Shown here piece after piece: positions 17,910 to 27,491 of a stretch of DNA of 64,000 bases. The notes under the pieces were generated by a model that made no database searches, was not told the DNA's origin, and saw only the letters and a list, made by a program, of their open reading frames with translations. The stretch is from contig CAZXPC010000004.1 in assembly GCA_964643135.1 (NCBI GenBank), positions 4,716 to 68,715 on the forward strand, read 5' to 3'. The first letter of the stretch is position 1; every line of letters begins with the position of its first letter. The DNA is from an uncultured Candidatus Saccharibacteria bacterium. GTDB taxonomy: Bacteria > Patescibacteriota > Minisyncoccia > UBA6257 > Colwellbacteraceae. The position numbers were made by a program, and so were the translations under genes.

Positions 17910-19352
17910 TTATATACGAGGTGTAAGAGGAGGTATAGTCGGGTTAATCAACATGGTATAGATATCGAGCCTACCGCCGCTTAGAAACTTTCCCAAAAGA
18001 TTCTGATTTTTGTCAGAATAATTTAGTAGAACGTTTTTTACGTCGATAGCTGATTGATTGACGTAATTCGGCTGAGACCAATACAGTGATATCGCACCAG
18101 AAACGTACGCAGCCGAATAAGATGTGCCCGTTCCATTGTTTATATAGCACCCATTTAAAACATCAGAGCAGCTGCTCATAATGTTGGTTGTTTCAATTCC
18201 TATGCCTGCGGCACCTATATCAACCGAGGTCGGACCATAATTTGAAAACGCCGTTAATTGATCTCTCTGATCTGTCGCTGCCACAGAAATAATACTGTTT
18301 AAAGGATAAGATGCCGGATAAAAAGGGGTTAGGTCGTTATTATTATCGACTCCGTTGTTCACAATGCCGAATCCGTTACCTGCGGCTGCAATAAATAAAG
18401 TATTCGGATTAGCGATAAGAACAGCCTGCATCATCTGCAAAAGAGTATTGGAATAATCCCTGCTCCCCCAGCTTAAATTAACAACTTTGATATTCTTGTT
18501 CCCGGCATAGGCGATGGCCTCCGTTATATCAACAATGTTCCCACCATCTGGACCCGACCAGACATCATTACTTGAGAATGCCTTAATGGGAACAATCTTC
18601 GCCCTCCAATTCACGCCAGCAATTCCCTTTCCATTGTTAGCAAGTGCTCCGATTACTCCCGCCATTTGGGTGCCATGACCATTAACATCTGACGTATCAG
18701 TATTACCAGTCGCGAGGGTGTTGCTGCCGACAAGATTAATTCCTGAAAGCATGTTCCCCGCTAAATCAGGATGAGTCTTGTCTACACCCGAGTCTATCAA
18801 ACCGACCTCGATGCTGTTATAAGCATTGTTTGGACCAAATCCAGAATTCCACACATCCAGGAATCGGACATCTGGACTGTATCCAGTCTGGGTGACCTGT
18901 CCCCAATAGGTAACCCCACTCTTAAGCGCCCACTGATTACCCAATAAAGAATCGCTTGGGTCAGACTGCAAACGATAAATATAATTTGGTTCAGAATATT
19001 CTATATAAATTTCTGATTTAATGCTTTGAACAAGCGAAATTATATCAGCCGATGTGTTTTTTGTTAATAATACATAGGTTCGATCTAGGCCAATCGAAGT
19101 AATCGCTGATTGCAACTTAGAGTTAAATTTAAATTGACCCAAAATCTTATCCGCCGAGGCCAAACTATATTTCTTCAAAAAATCTGCAGTTGGAGAATAA
19201 CCCACCTTGAATTTTGCGATTACTTGGCCGGGCATGAAACTCGGCTGAGTTAGAGTTTGGGCCGAAGCTGTGGCAACCGGCGAAGCAACGGCCAAATTGC
19301 TGATATAAAACAACAAAGAAACTAAAGTTAGTATATTTAGTACTTTTTTCAT
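17910..19352 (-). CDS. Secreted S8 family serine peptidase (subtilisin-like)
   Basis: Catalytic triad contexts: GLIDSGVDKTHPDL (Asp), HGTQMAGVIGA (His), GTSYSAAYVSGA (Ser); N-terminal signal peptide. Confidence 0.85.
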   Translation of the reverse strand: MKKVLNILTLVSLLFYISNLAVASPVATASAQTLTQPSFMPGQVIAKFKVGYSPTADFLKKYSLASADKILGQFKFNSKLQSAITSIGLDRTYVLLTKNTSADIISLVQSIKSEIYIEYSEPNYIYRLQSDPSDSLLGNQWALKSGVTYWGQVTQTGYSPDVRFLDVWNSGFGPNNAYNSIEVGLIDSGVDKTHPDLAGNMLSGINLVGSNTLATGNTDTSDVNGHGTQMAGVIGALANNGKGIAGVNWRAKIVPIKAFSSNDVWSGPDGGNIVDITEAIAYAGNKNIKVVNLSWGSRDYSNTLLQMMQAVLIANPNTLFIAAAGNGFGIVNNGVDNNNDLTPFYPASYPLNSIISVAATDQRDQLTAFSNYGPTSVDIGAAGIGIETTNIMSSCSDVLNGCYINNGTGTSYSAAYVSGAISLYWSQPNYVNQSAIDVKNVLLNYSDKNQNLLGKFLSGGRLDIYTMLINPTIPPLTPRI

Positions 19353-19471
19353 GCGCTAGATTTATTAGTTACTAAAACTAGTGATCTCCTCTTGTCATAC
19401 TTCTATTGTATCACAAGTATTGCTTGGGTGCCACCTAAGGACTTCCTTTCTTGTATCCTTGGGCCTGGAGG

Positions 19472-20326
19472 CTAGAGCAGGTTAAAAATCTTCAGCTTTT
19501 CCAGGACTATTCGGTGGACTTCGGCTTCGGAACCGGCGAGGAGTTTATAAGGCGTCGTCTCGTCGGGGTTGTTCTTCAGTGCGTTTTCCATCCCCCTCTT
19601 CCAACCCAAACGGATTTCGGTATTGATATGGATCATGCTGATGCCGGCTTTAATTGCAGCCTGCAAATCTTCTTTGGTGTTGCCTGAGGCGCCGTGAAGA
19701 ACGAGCGGAATTTTGACGGCTTTTTTGATCGCAGTAATGCGGGCAATGTCTAAATTCGGTTCAGGCTGATTTTTGAGCATGCCGTGAATGTTGCCAACCG
19801 CAGGAGCAAATAGGTCGATTTTGGTTTCGGTTACAAACTGGAGCGCCTCTTCGGGAGTCGTCATATGCAAGCCGGCGCCTTCGGGGATGGCATCTAAAAC
19901 TTTCGAGGACTGGCCGATATAGCCGAGCTCGGCTTCGACCAATATAGATGGATCAATTGATTTAACATATTCGACGACTTCTTTGGTGCGGGCGACATTT
20001 TCTTCGAAGGGCAATTTGGCGCCGTCAAAAATAACTGAATCATAGCCGGCCGCGACAACTTCTTTTATCTTTTCCAAGGAATAGGTATGATCGGCGTTTA
20101 GGAAAATGGGATAATTAAATATTTCTCGCAGATTTTGCACGAGTGCTTTAGCCGTGTGGACGCCGATAAATTCTCGTTCGCCTTCTGAAACACCGATATA
20201 AATCGGCACAGCTAATTCTTGCGCGGCATTAAAGATGCCCTTGAGGCCGGCCAGGTCAGAAATATTAAAATGGCCGACTGCGACACCTTTCTCTCCAGCA
20301 GATTTTAGATAATCAATGGCTTTCAT
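19472..20326 (-). CDS. fba: Class II fructose-bisphosphate aldolase
   Basis: 284 aa; VAVGHFNISDL, LNADHTYS, HGASG zinc/phosphate-binding patterns of FBA class II / tagatose-bisphosphate aldolase family. Confidence 0.85.
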   Translation of the reverse strand: MKAIDYLKSAGEKGVAVGHFNISDLAGLKGIFNAAQELAVPIYIGVSEGEREFIGVHTAKALVQNLREIFNYPIFLNADHTYSLEKIKEVVAAGYDSVIFDGAKLPFEENVARTKEVVEYVKSIDPSILVEAELGYIGQSSKVLDAIPEGAGLHMTTPEEALQFVTETKIDLFAPAVGNIHGMLKNQPEPNLDIARITAIKKAVKIPLVLHGASGNTKEDLQAAIKAGISMIHINTEIRLGWKRGMENALKNNPDETTPYKLLAGSEAEVHRIVLEKLKIFNLL

Positions 20327-20358
20327 ATTAAGATATGGATTCCATTATACCAGAGATG

Positions 20359-21591
20359 CTACTTAGTAGCATTATAAATTGCCGCGATTTCGGACGCTAA
20401 CAAAGCGCGGCTGTAAATACGAACATCGTCGATACTTCCTTTGTAGAATCTTGGGCTTGGGTTCCCGCCAGTGCACCAACATCCGATTTGGAGATCTGAT
20501 GTGTTGGTATTGAGCGCCCCGCTCGCGTTAACCGAACTGTTGCTTGCTAGTCCGTTGATATATACTTGAGTTTTCGACCCATCATAAGTATAGACGACAT
20601 AAGTCCAAGTGTCGGCGCTGATAACGTTATTAGCAGACAAAGTGAGAACTCCTGAGACGCCGCCGATTGTATAGACAGCCTTAACATTATTGGGGCCTCC
20701 CTCATTAAGGATCATCCTCATAACATCCCAGCTTGTTTTCGCCATAAAATCTAAAAATGGAGTTTGCGGCTTAATCCAAGCCGATATAGTAATCGGTCCA
20801 GTAATATTTAGTTTTGTATTGTGCGGGATATCGACGTAATCATCTACTCCATCGAAACTGACACAAGCGCCGATCTTACAGTTGGCCCAAGCAGCTCCGC
20901 CGTTCAAAGTACCACCGATGGCGGTCGCATACCCACTTGTATCGCTAGTTGTCGTTCCACTGCCTTCGTCCATTGGCCAATAGCCAACTAGACCAGAGGC
21001 GGCGGCCCATAGTTTTTTGTCCGAACCTTGCTCATAGCGAGCGGGGTCGATGCCGCCGTCAGTTAAACCAGTGCTCTTGGTCAGCTTGGATGATTCGAGG
21101 TGGGCGGTCAGGTTCCAGGAGCCCTCGATGAATGTATAGTAGTTCTGATTAGCTGCTGAGTTAACCGGGTCAATAGGAAGAGCTGCCAAGGAAAGGCCGG
21201 CAGTTGCGCTAAAAGCGATCGGTATCCAGCCCGAACCGGTAGTCGATCTGAGGTTGGCCGAAAGGACACATTTGTACCTCCAGCCAGAGGGCAAAACCGG
21301 CAGGGCAAGTTCATCGCAATCATCGTTTATAAGATTGCCGTCGTCGTCTGTGCCGTTGTCCGGCAGAGAAATATAAACAGTATTAGAAGCAACAAGCAAT
21401 CCCGCTTGTGATTGGTAGAGATTAAGAGAGGCATTAAGAGTGTTGAGGTCGTTGATTCTTTTGGTATCTCGAGCCTGGGCAAGTAGTTCTGCGGGGTTGA
21501 GAACTAGGGCCGTGATAGTAGCAAGAACGGCAAGCATGCCTATTACGACTAGAATTTCGATTAGGGTGAAACCGCGTCTCAATCTATGCAT
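20359..21591 (-). CDS. Type IV pilin-like protein with C-terminal LamG/concanavalin-like domain
   Basis: Prepilin N-methylation/cleavage motif RRGFTLIEILVVIGMLAVLA; C-terminal LamG signature (GSIDDVRIYSRALLASEIAAIYN). Confidence 0.75.
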   Translation of the reverse strand: MHRLRRGFTLIEILVVIGMLAVLATITALVLNPAELLAQARDTKRINDLNTLNASLNLYQSQAGLLVASNTVYISLPDNGTDDDGNLINDDCDELALPVLPSGWRYKCVLSANLRSTTGSGWIPIAFSATAGLSLAALPIDPVNSAANQNYYTFIEGSWNLTAHLESSKLTKSTGLTDGGIDPARYEQGSDKKLWAAASGLVGYWPMDEGSGTTTSDTSGYATAIGGTLNGGAAWANCKIGACVSFDGVDDYVDIPHNTKLNITGPITISAWIKPQTPFLDFMAKTSWDVMRMILNEGGPNNVKAVYTIGGVSGVLTLSANNVISADTWTYVVYTYDGSKTQVYINGLASNSSVNASGALNTNTSDLQIGCWCTGGNPSPRFYKGSIDDVRIYSRALLASEIAAIYNATK

Positions 21592-21601
21592 ACCTAATAT
21601 T

Positions 21602-22873
21602 TTACACCTCGAACCAGCCTTTCACGATGTTCTCCTGAGTTAATTCGAGAAGTTTAGCTTCGCCGAAATAGGCTGAGAAAATTTTGTTCCACAGCGCCTC
21701 TTGGTGGTGGTAAAGATATTTAGTGGCTTGCATCTCATCGGCCAAGCTCATAATGGTGTCGACGAGGTTAAAACTAACTAACACATCAATAGAGCTGTCG
21801 GTATCGAAGTAATCGCCTACCCAATCCAAGCCGCTCCAGAAACTTAGGCTGCCCTTGAAATCAGGAAAGGCTTTGGAAATGCCCACAATGCCCTCTTCGG
21901 CCTTGGACCAATGGAGAGCTTCCGGGTTAACGTGCGGCACAAAGAGACGCCAGTCGTTTTCATCACCCTTAGCGAGATATCTTTGCACAACGAGGAATCG
22001 CGCGCTTTGGGTAACCGCGCCGGGCGTTAGAAGGGTCCTGTTCTCGGCCACATCCCCTCGCAAAAGTGAAATCAGATTCGTAGCGAAATATTTAGGGAAA
22101 GGTCTAAATTTCTCGAAGAGATTGGAATAATATTTAACTTCGTTTAAATAGTGCATAGTGAGACTGATCACGCGCAGAGTCTCGCCGGGGCGGTCCATAA
22201 AAATCGGAATCACAAAAACAAAACCGAGCTCCTTCAAGTGGCTTACCGTATGGTGTTTTTTATAGGCAAATTTTCTGGCGGCGTCGGCCCACTTTTGGCT
22301 AAGCGCCCGCACCTCAATCATCCTCTCTTCAAAATCATCAACGGTTAAGGCTTCGTACTGCTTAAAGAAAACATTATTGAGCCATTGGGCATCTTCCAAA
22401 AACCTGAGAGCGCTAAAAATCTCGAGCAGGTCTTCTTTCTGGAGCATGGCCTCGACAGAATCGTAGCCAAGATTGGCCATGATCTTTTGGGGCGGAACCT
22501 TGAGCAAGAATTCCTTGGCTTTCTCTTTCTTCAGGAACCAGCCCTTTTGCGGCGGCAGGGCTTTGACCGTAAAAGCGACTATTTTTTTAGCCGCGTCGGC
22601 CCCCATCGCTTTTTCGATGCCGATGTAATTAAAAAGCTTGGTGTCGTCTTCTTTAACCTTAGCGATCAACGAATCGAACATGGTCCGGGCAGAGCTTTTG
22701 ATGTTCAGGTTGAACTCTTTGAGTTTTTCGGTAATAACGTATTCGTTCTCCTCGCAAATTCCTTGCATTGTGCCCGCGCGGCCGACGCGCTTATCAAGAA
22801 CGGCTTCGAGATCAGCAAAAGTGGCCTTGTCGGTTCTTAAAATTCGGGCTAGTTTGTCGCTGTATTGGGACAT
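21602..22873 (-). CDS. Hypothetical protein (423 aa)
   Basis: Long ORF, 11 nt downstream of and co-directional with the pilin-like gene; no recognisable motif. Confidence 0.5.
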   Translation of the reverse strand: MSQYSDKLARILRTDKATFADLEAVLDKRVGRAGTMQGICEENEYVITEKLKEFNLNIKSSARTMFDSLIAKVKEDDTKLFNYIGIEKAMGADAAKKIVAFTVKALPPQKGWFLKKEKAKEFLLKVPPQKIMANLGYDSVEAMLQKEDLLEIFSALRFLEDAQWLNNVFFKQYEALTVDDFEERMIEVRALSQKWADAARKFAYKKHHTVSHLKELGFVFVIPIFMDRPGETLRVISLTMHYLNEVKYYSNLFEKFRPFPKYFATNLISLLRGDVAENRTLLTPGAVTQSARFLVVQRYLAKGDENDWRLFVPHVNPEALHWSKAEEGIVGISKAFPDFKGSLSFWSGLDWVGDYFDTDSSIDVLVSFNLVDTIMSLADEMQATKYLYHHQEALWNKIFSAYFGEAKLLELTQENIVKGWFEV

Positions 22874-22909
22874 GGTTTTAACTAATAACTTATAACAAAT
22901 AACTCATAA

Positions 22910-23923
22910 CTAAACTTCTTTGACCTTTATCTCGAAATCGCGCCAGCGCGGATCGGTTTCGAATTGTTTTTTTGAGAGCAATCCTTCAGTCGCGCCAATA
23001 TATTCTACATTAGAAGTGGCATTAGCTGAAGCCAGCCTAATAGCGTATCGGATTTTATCAGGGTTGCATTTGCCTTTGAGACACTCTTCCTTCTGACTGA
23101 CTAAGCCAGAGACGAAGCCGCTGCCGAAGGCATCCCCCGCCCCGGTCCGATCAACGATCTCTTTTTCTTTAAAGGTGCCTGCTTCGTAAATATGAGCTCC
23201 GTCAGAAACTTTAACGCCATTCGGCCCATCGGTTACGACCGCAATGCCAGGAGTCATCAGGTCGAGCTTGGCAAATACTTTCTCCGGCTCTTTGAAATCG
23301 ATACCGGTTAAAGTGGCTGCCTCGCTTTCGTTTAAAACCAGAACCGAAAGATCTTTGAGGTGCCTGATCAAGTCCTCCCGCCCTTCGGACAAGTGCTTGC
23401 CCCCGGGGTTTAACGCTACTTTGATTTTATTTTTTTTAGCATGTGCCAAGAGTTTATCGAAAAGTTTGTAGGAATTGCCGGGCAAAGAAACATAAAGCCA
23501 TTTTGATTTTAGCTTCTTCCAATCAATATCATCCAAGGAAAATTCGTTGACGGCGCCGCGATAGCTTAGAATTGTTCTCTCTCCTTCGCCGAGCAGGATA
23601 ATGCCGTGAGCGGTCAGAGATTTTGAGAGGTGAACAAAGTCAGTGTTAACTTTTTTGTTTCTTAACTTGGATATTATTTCATGTCCGGCCGCGTCGTGGC
23701 CGATCAGCGTAAAAACAGCGGTCTTGAGGTTCTGGTTGGCGAAAGTTACCGAGGCGTTGGCCGCATTGCCGCCCATAGTAAAATAGGCGTAATCAATCGG
23801 GAATTTTTCTCCCAGTGGAATGGCGTAAGCCTTCTTGGAAGGAGTGTCCCAATCGATGGTTTTAAAATTAACCTTCAAAAAAGAATCGTAAGTGGTGGAG
23901 CCGATTGTAATCACATCGAGCAT
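22910..23923 (-). CDS. PfkB-family carbohydrate kinase (ribokinase-like)
   Basis: PfkB signature 2 DRTGAGDAFGSGFVSGL and N-terminal GG motif (TMGGNAANAS). Confidence 0.8.
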   Translation of the reverse strand: MLDVITIGSTTYDSFLKVNFKTIDWDTPSKKAYAIPLGEKFPIDYAYFTMGGNAANASVTFANQNLKTAVFTLIGHDAAGHEIISKLRNKKVNTDFVHLSKSLTAHGIILLGEGERTILSYRGAVNEFSLDDIDWKKLKSKWLYVSLPGNSYKLFDKLLAHAKKNKIKVALNPGGKHLSEGREDLIRHLKDLSVLVLNESEAATLTGIDFKEPEKVFAKLDLMTPGIAVVTDGPNGVKVSDGAHIYEAGTFKEKEIVDRTGAGDAFGSGFVSGLVSQKEECLKGKCNPDKIRYAIRLASANATSNVEYIGATEGLLSKKQFETDPRWRDFEIKVKEV

Positions 23924-23927
23924 AGCT

Positions 23928-24920
23928 TTATTTCCTTTTAATTACTTTTTTCACAGCATCTTTAATACTTTCGACTCCCATGCCGTATTTCTCGATCAAT
24001 TGTTTGGGTTCGCCGGATTCGCCGAAAACATTTTGCATTCCTATAAATTCCTGCGGCACCGGATAATTGCGGGCCAGAACTTCGGCCACCGCGCCGCCCA
24101 GGCCGCCGGATACTTGATGTTCTTCAACTGTCACCACCGCGCCGCATTTCTTGGCTACTTCGATTATTTTTTTCTCATCCATCGGCTTAATAGTATGATT
24201 GTTGACCACAATTGTGCCGATGCCCTCTTTTTCAAGTTCGCGGGCGGCCAAAAGAGCATTATGCAAAAGCGCGCCGCAGCCGATAATAGCGCATTGAGGA
24301 TTCTTCTTGGACTCCCAAAATATTTTAGCTTTACCCGGAACAAATGGTGTTTCGTCGGTCGTAAAAACCGGGCTCTTTTCGCGGGCGAATCGTAGATAAA
24401 CCGGGCCCCAAACTTTGCCGGCGGCGATGGTAGCTTTGCGGGCTTCGATGGCATCACAGGGCACAATTACGCGCATATTAGCCATAACGCGCATGGTCGC
24501 GATATCCTCAACCGCCTGGTGAGTGGCGCCGTCCGGACCAACGGAGATGCCCGCGTGGTGGCCGGCGATCTTAACATTAGAATCGTTATAAGAAATGGTG
24601 GTTCTGATCTGTTCCCAATTACGGCCGGGCGAAAAGGTCGCGTAAGATGAAATGAAGGGAATCTTACCGGAAATGCCGAGGCCGGCGGCGACGGTCGCCA
24701 TATTTTGTTCGGCCACGCCCATCTCAAAAAACCGGTCGGGATATTTCTCGGCAAACTTGTCGGCGCGGGTCGATTCGGTGAGGTCGGCGGAGAGAGCCAC
24801 AACGTTGGGATCTTTAGCGCCCAAAATCAATAAGCCCTCGCCATAGCCGTCGCGGGTCGGCGCTTCCTTGATATCAACAGAAAATATTTTTGGATTTAAC
24901 TTGGCTGTCTTGCTGATCAT
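23928..24920 (-). CDS. Transketolase C-terminal subunit (pyrimidine-binding plus C-terminal domains)
   Basis: 330 aa; transketolase Pyr-domain patterns (FFEMGVAEQNM, ATFSPGRNWEQIR) and C-terminal domain. Confidence 0.85.
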   Translation of the reverse strand: MISKTAKLNPKIFSVDIKEAPTRDGYGEGLLILGAKDPNVVALSADLTESTRADKFAEKYPDRFFEMGVAEQNMATVAAGLGISGKIPFISSYATFSPGRNWEQIRTTISYNDSNVKIAGHHAGISVGPDGATHQAVEDIATMRVMANMRVIVPCDAIEARKATIAAGKVWGPVYLRFAREKSPVFTTDETPFVPGKAKIFWESKKNPQCAIIGCGALLHNALLAARELEKEGIGTIVVNNHTIKPMDEKKIIEVAKKCGAVVTVEEHQVSGGLGGAVAEVLARNYPVPQEFIGMQNVFGESGEPKQLIEKYGMGVESIKDAVKKVIKRK

Positions 24921-24926
24921 TTTGAT

Positions 24927-25211
24927 TTAAGCGTTGATATAGAACAATAATTTAAGAACTATGACGATGACGGGCAAAAGCGTGGTAACAGCGAGAAAGA
25001 GGCTCTTGCTGTCGGCAGGGTTATCGACATATTTAAAGACGTAATAAGAAAAAGCGAGAATCAGAAGGTAGTTTAAGGAAACAACTCCGATAAAAAGCAG
25101 GGCGTCATTGCCGGTTTTGCCAAGCGGAGAAGCCACCATCAATAAAGTATTAACAAAAACCATCACGAGCGTGAGTATCCCGACCATTATCCTCTTATTT
25201 TGTTTGACCAT
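24927..25211 (-). CDS. Small membrane protein between the transketolase halves
   Basis: 94 aa, three hydrophobic helices. Confidence 0.4.
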   Translation of the reverse strand: MVKQNKRIMVGILTLVMVFVNTLLMVASPLGKTGNDALLFIGVVSLNYLLILAFSYYVFKYVDNPADSKSLFLAVTTLLPVIVIVLKLLFYINA

Positions 25212-25224
25212 AATTGTTTATTTT

Positions 25225-26079
25225 TTATTGATGTTCGCTTCTAATCTGTCCGCCCAGAGTTCGCAGCTCATGGAGGGCTTTTTTAGCTTCGTCGGGTTTG
25301 GGGGGCTTGCCGTGCCAGAGGTAGTCGTTTTCCATAAAGCTGACTCCCTTGCCGGGAATGGTGTGAGCGATAATCATAGTCGGTTTCTCATAGATCGCCT
25401 TGGCTTCATTAACGGCATCGATAATTTCAGTAAAATTATGGCCGTCGATTTCCAAAACGTGCCAGCCGAAGGCTTCGTATTTATCTTTGATGGGTTCGAG
25501 CGGCATGATTTTTTCAGTTGGGCCGTCGATTTGGATATTATTGCGGTCCATCAGGGCTGTGACGTTGTTAAGCTTATTCTTGCCGGCAAACATCACCGCC
25601 TCCCAAATATTGCCCTCATCGTGTTCGCCGTCGGAAGTAAAGCAATAGACGCGGTACTTTTTATTATCAAGCTTGGCCGCTAAAGCCACTCCAATCGCCT
25701 GGCTGAGGCCGGATCCGAGCGGGCCGGAAGTGGTTTCAACGCCCGGCAAAGATGTGCGGTGCGGGTGTCCTTGCAAACGCGAGTTTAATTTTCTAAGCGT
25801 CATCAATTCCCTCTTTGGGAAATAGCCCGCTTCGGCCATAGTGACATAACGAACCGGGCAAATGTGGCCGTTTGATAAAATTAACCGGTCGCGATCTTCC
25901 CAGTTCGGCTTCTTAGGGTTGTGTTTCAAGATGTGGAAATAGAAGGCGGTAAAAACATCCGCCATGCCGAGCGGCCCGGCGGAGTGCCCACTCTTGGCCT
26001 CAACCAGAGTCGTAATAATATCCTCCCGGATAGTGTTGGCTTTTTCTTCCAGGAATTTTATCTTTTTGTCGTCGAGCAT
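25225..26079 (-). CDS. Transketolase N-terminal subunit (TPP-binding)
   Basis: GHSAGPLGMADV, LILSNGHICP, TSDGEHDEGN TPP-binding patterns; start at internal Met MLDDKKIKFLEEKANTIR (26079) rather than the ORF-track start 26178. Confidence 0.8.
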   Translation of the reverse strand: MLDDKKIKFLEEKANTIREDIITTLVEAKSGHSAGPLGMADVFTAFYFHILKHNPKKPNWEDRDRLILSNGHICPVRYVTMAEAGYFPKRELMTLRKLNSRLQGHPHRTSLPGVETTSGPLGSGLSQAIGVALAAKLDNKKYRVYCFTSDGEHDEGNIWEAVMFAGKNKLNNVTALMDRNNIQIDGPTEKIMPLEPIKDKYEAFGWHVLEIDGHNFTEIIDAVNEAKAIYEKPTMIIAHTIPGKGVSFMENDYLWHGKPPKPDEAKKALHELRTLGGQIRSEHQ

Positions 26080-26101
26080 TTTGTATTTCTTGCGGTCTTT
26101 T

Positions 26102-26755
26102 TTAAACTTGGGCCAACTCTTGATAGGCCTGAGACGGATTTTTGCTCCTAAAAATATATGAAGCGGACACAATGGCATCAGCGCCGGCCGATTTCACGAG
26201 CGTGGCGGTTTCAGGATTAATGCCGCCGTCTACCTCTATTCTAGCACTGGGATAAGCCGCCCGCAAAAATTTTATTTTCTCCAGGGCTTTCTCATTAAAA
26301 CCCTGGCCGGCAAAGCCAGGAGGGACGGCCAGAACCAAAAAGTAACTGAAGACCATACCGTGTTTTGTGATTTCGCTTTCCGGAGTGCTGACATCAACTC
26401 CGAGAACAACACTGCCTTTATATTTTTCAGCCAGATCAATAAGCCTTTGGCTGTCTTTAATTTTTTCGATATGTACTACCACTCTTTTGACCCCCGCCGC
26501 GAACCACGCTTCGACCGCTGGTTCGGGATCTTCAACCATAAGATGGACTTCGAAATCTACGTTTTGTCCTCGTCTCCAACTTTCAACGATGGGGTTTATT
26601 TTGCGGATATCGGCCGGCGTTCCCCAAGTTACCGCCTTGGTATATTTGCCGTCGCAGATATCTAAATGGATTGAGCCGCTAAATTCGGCCGCGATTTTCA
26701 TCTGATCTTCCGCCTCAGCATAATTTCGGGCGTTAATAGCCGGGATAACTATCAT
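26102..26755 (-). CDS. rpe: Ribulose-phosphate 3-epimerase
   Basis: HLDICDGKY, VHLMV, VDGGI catalytic and metal-binding patterns; start chosen at MIVIPAINAR (26755). An alternative start at 26782 is possible, and the ORF-track extension to 26971 lacks coding character. Confidence 0.75.
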   Translation of the reverse strand: MIVIPAINARNYAEAEDQMKIAAEFSGSIHLDICDGKYTKAVTWGTPADIRKINPIVESWRRGQNVDFEVHLMVEDPEPAVEAWFAAGVKRVVVHIEKIKDSQRLIDLAEKYKGSVVLGVDVSTPESEITKHGMVFSYFLVLAVPPGFAGQGFNEKALEKIKFLRAAYPSARIEVDGGINPETATLVKSAGADAIVSASYIFRSKNPSQAYQELAQV

Positions 26756-26784
26756 GTGAATATTATAACCGAATCCGCTCATAA

Positions 26785-27006
26785 TTAATAAAAAGAAAAA
26801 GGCCGCAGCAACTCTCGTGAGCTGCGCGGACCGTTGGCGGAAAACTTCATTTCCCCTTGTCCTTCTCTGCATGTTCGTAGGGCTGGTGGAGGCGCGGTCT
26901 TTTCCCATGCCGGGGCGGCAAGTTCTGGACCATTGACGTTTCCCATCCTGTCGCCTGATTTTGGCAACCACTAATAGATACTCCTCGGACCGGTTCTCGT
27001 CAAGGA
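26785..27006 (-). promoter_or_regulatory. GC-rich (about 58%) roughly 220-nt leader between rpiB and rpe ending in a terminator-like hairpin; candidate attenuator or cis-regulatory RNA
   Basis: Non-coding stretch in a compact operon; on the minus strand it ends with ccgcgcagc-tcacgagagtt-gctgcgg followed by tttttcttttt about 25 nt before the rpe start. Confidence 0.35.
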
Positions 27007-27474
27007 TTAGGAATTCTCTTCCTGATTCTTCGATTCGATCTCAGTGATTTCGGCAATTCTGCGTTTGTGTCGGCTTTCTTTCGAGAAACTGGTCTGGAGC
27101 CAAGCGCTGACGGTCTGCTTGGCGGTTCTTTCATCCATATAATCGGCGGCGATAGCGAGGACGTTGGTATCGTCATCGTTTTTAGAAGCCACCGCGTGGT
27201 CGGGCGAGATGGCGAGAACAGAACGGACATTTTTGAATTTGTTGGCCACGATGTCGACGCCGGCCCCCGAGCCGCAAATCAAAATCCCTCTAGCGCTTTC
27301 ATATTCCAAAGATATTTTTTGAGCCACGGCGGCGGCATAGACCGGATAGTCATCGGTTGGGTCGTATATTTCGGCCCCCAAGTCGACGATTTGATAGCCG
27401 CTATCTTTGACGAGATTTTTGATAACTTCCTTTAGCTTGAAGCCGCGATGATCGGCGGCAATGTAGATTAACAT
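27007..27474 (-). CDS. rpiB: Ribose-5-phosphate isomerase B
   Basis: 155 aa; RpiB/LacAB family pattern (IYIAADHRGFKLK, ILICGSGAGV). Confidence 0.85.
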   Translation of the reverse strand: MLIYIAADHRGFKLKEVIKNLVKDSGYQIVDLGAEIYDPTDDYPVYAAAVAQKISLEYESARGILICGSGAGVDIVANKFKNVRSVLAISPDHAVASKNDDDTNVLAIAADYMDERTAKQTVSAWLQTSFSKESRHKRRIAEITEIESKNQEENS

Positions 27475-27491
27475 TTGCTAATAGCCAAGAC

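Noticed and set aside
26756-26971. Long N-terminal extension of rpe in the ORF track (start 26971)
   Set aside because: Translation (MVAKIRRQDGKRQWSRTCRPGMGKDRASTSPTNMQRRTRG…) is Arg-rich nonsense spanning the GC-rich leader. The RPE family begins at MIVIPAINAR.
26785-27006. ZTP (pfl) riboswitch assignment for the rpe leader
   Set aside because: Only a loose resemblance (caggcgacagg…gggaaac…ccgcc) without the full conserved P1/P2 and pseudoknot spacing. The downstream genes (rpe, tkt) are not the usual purine/folate targets.
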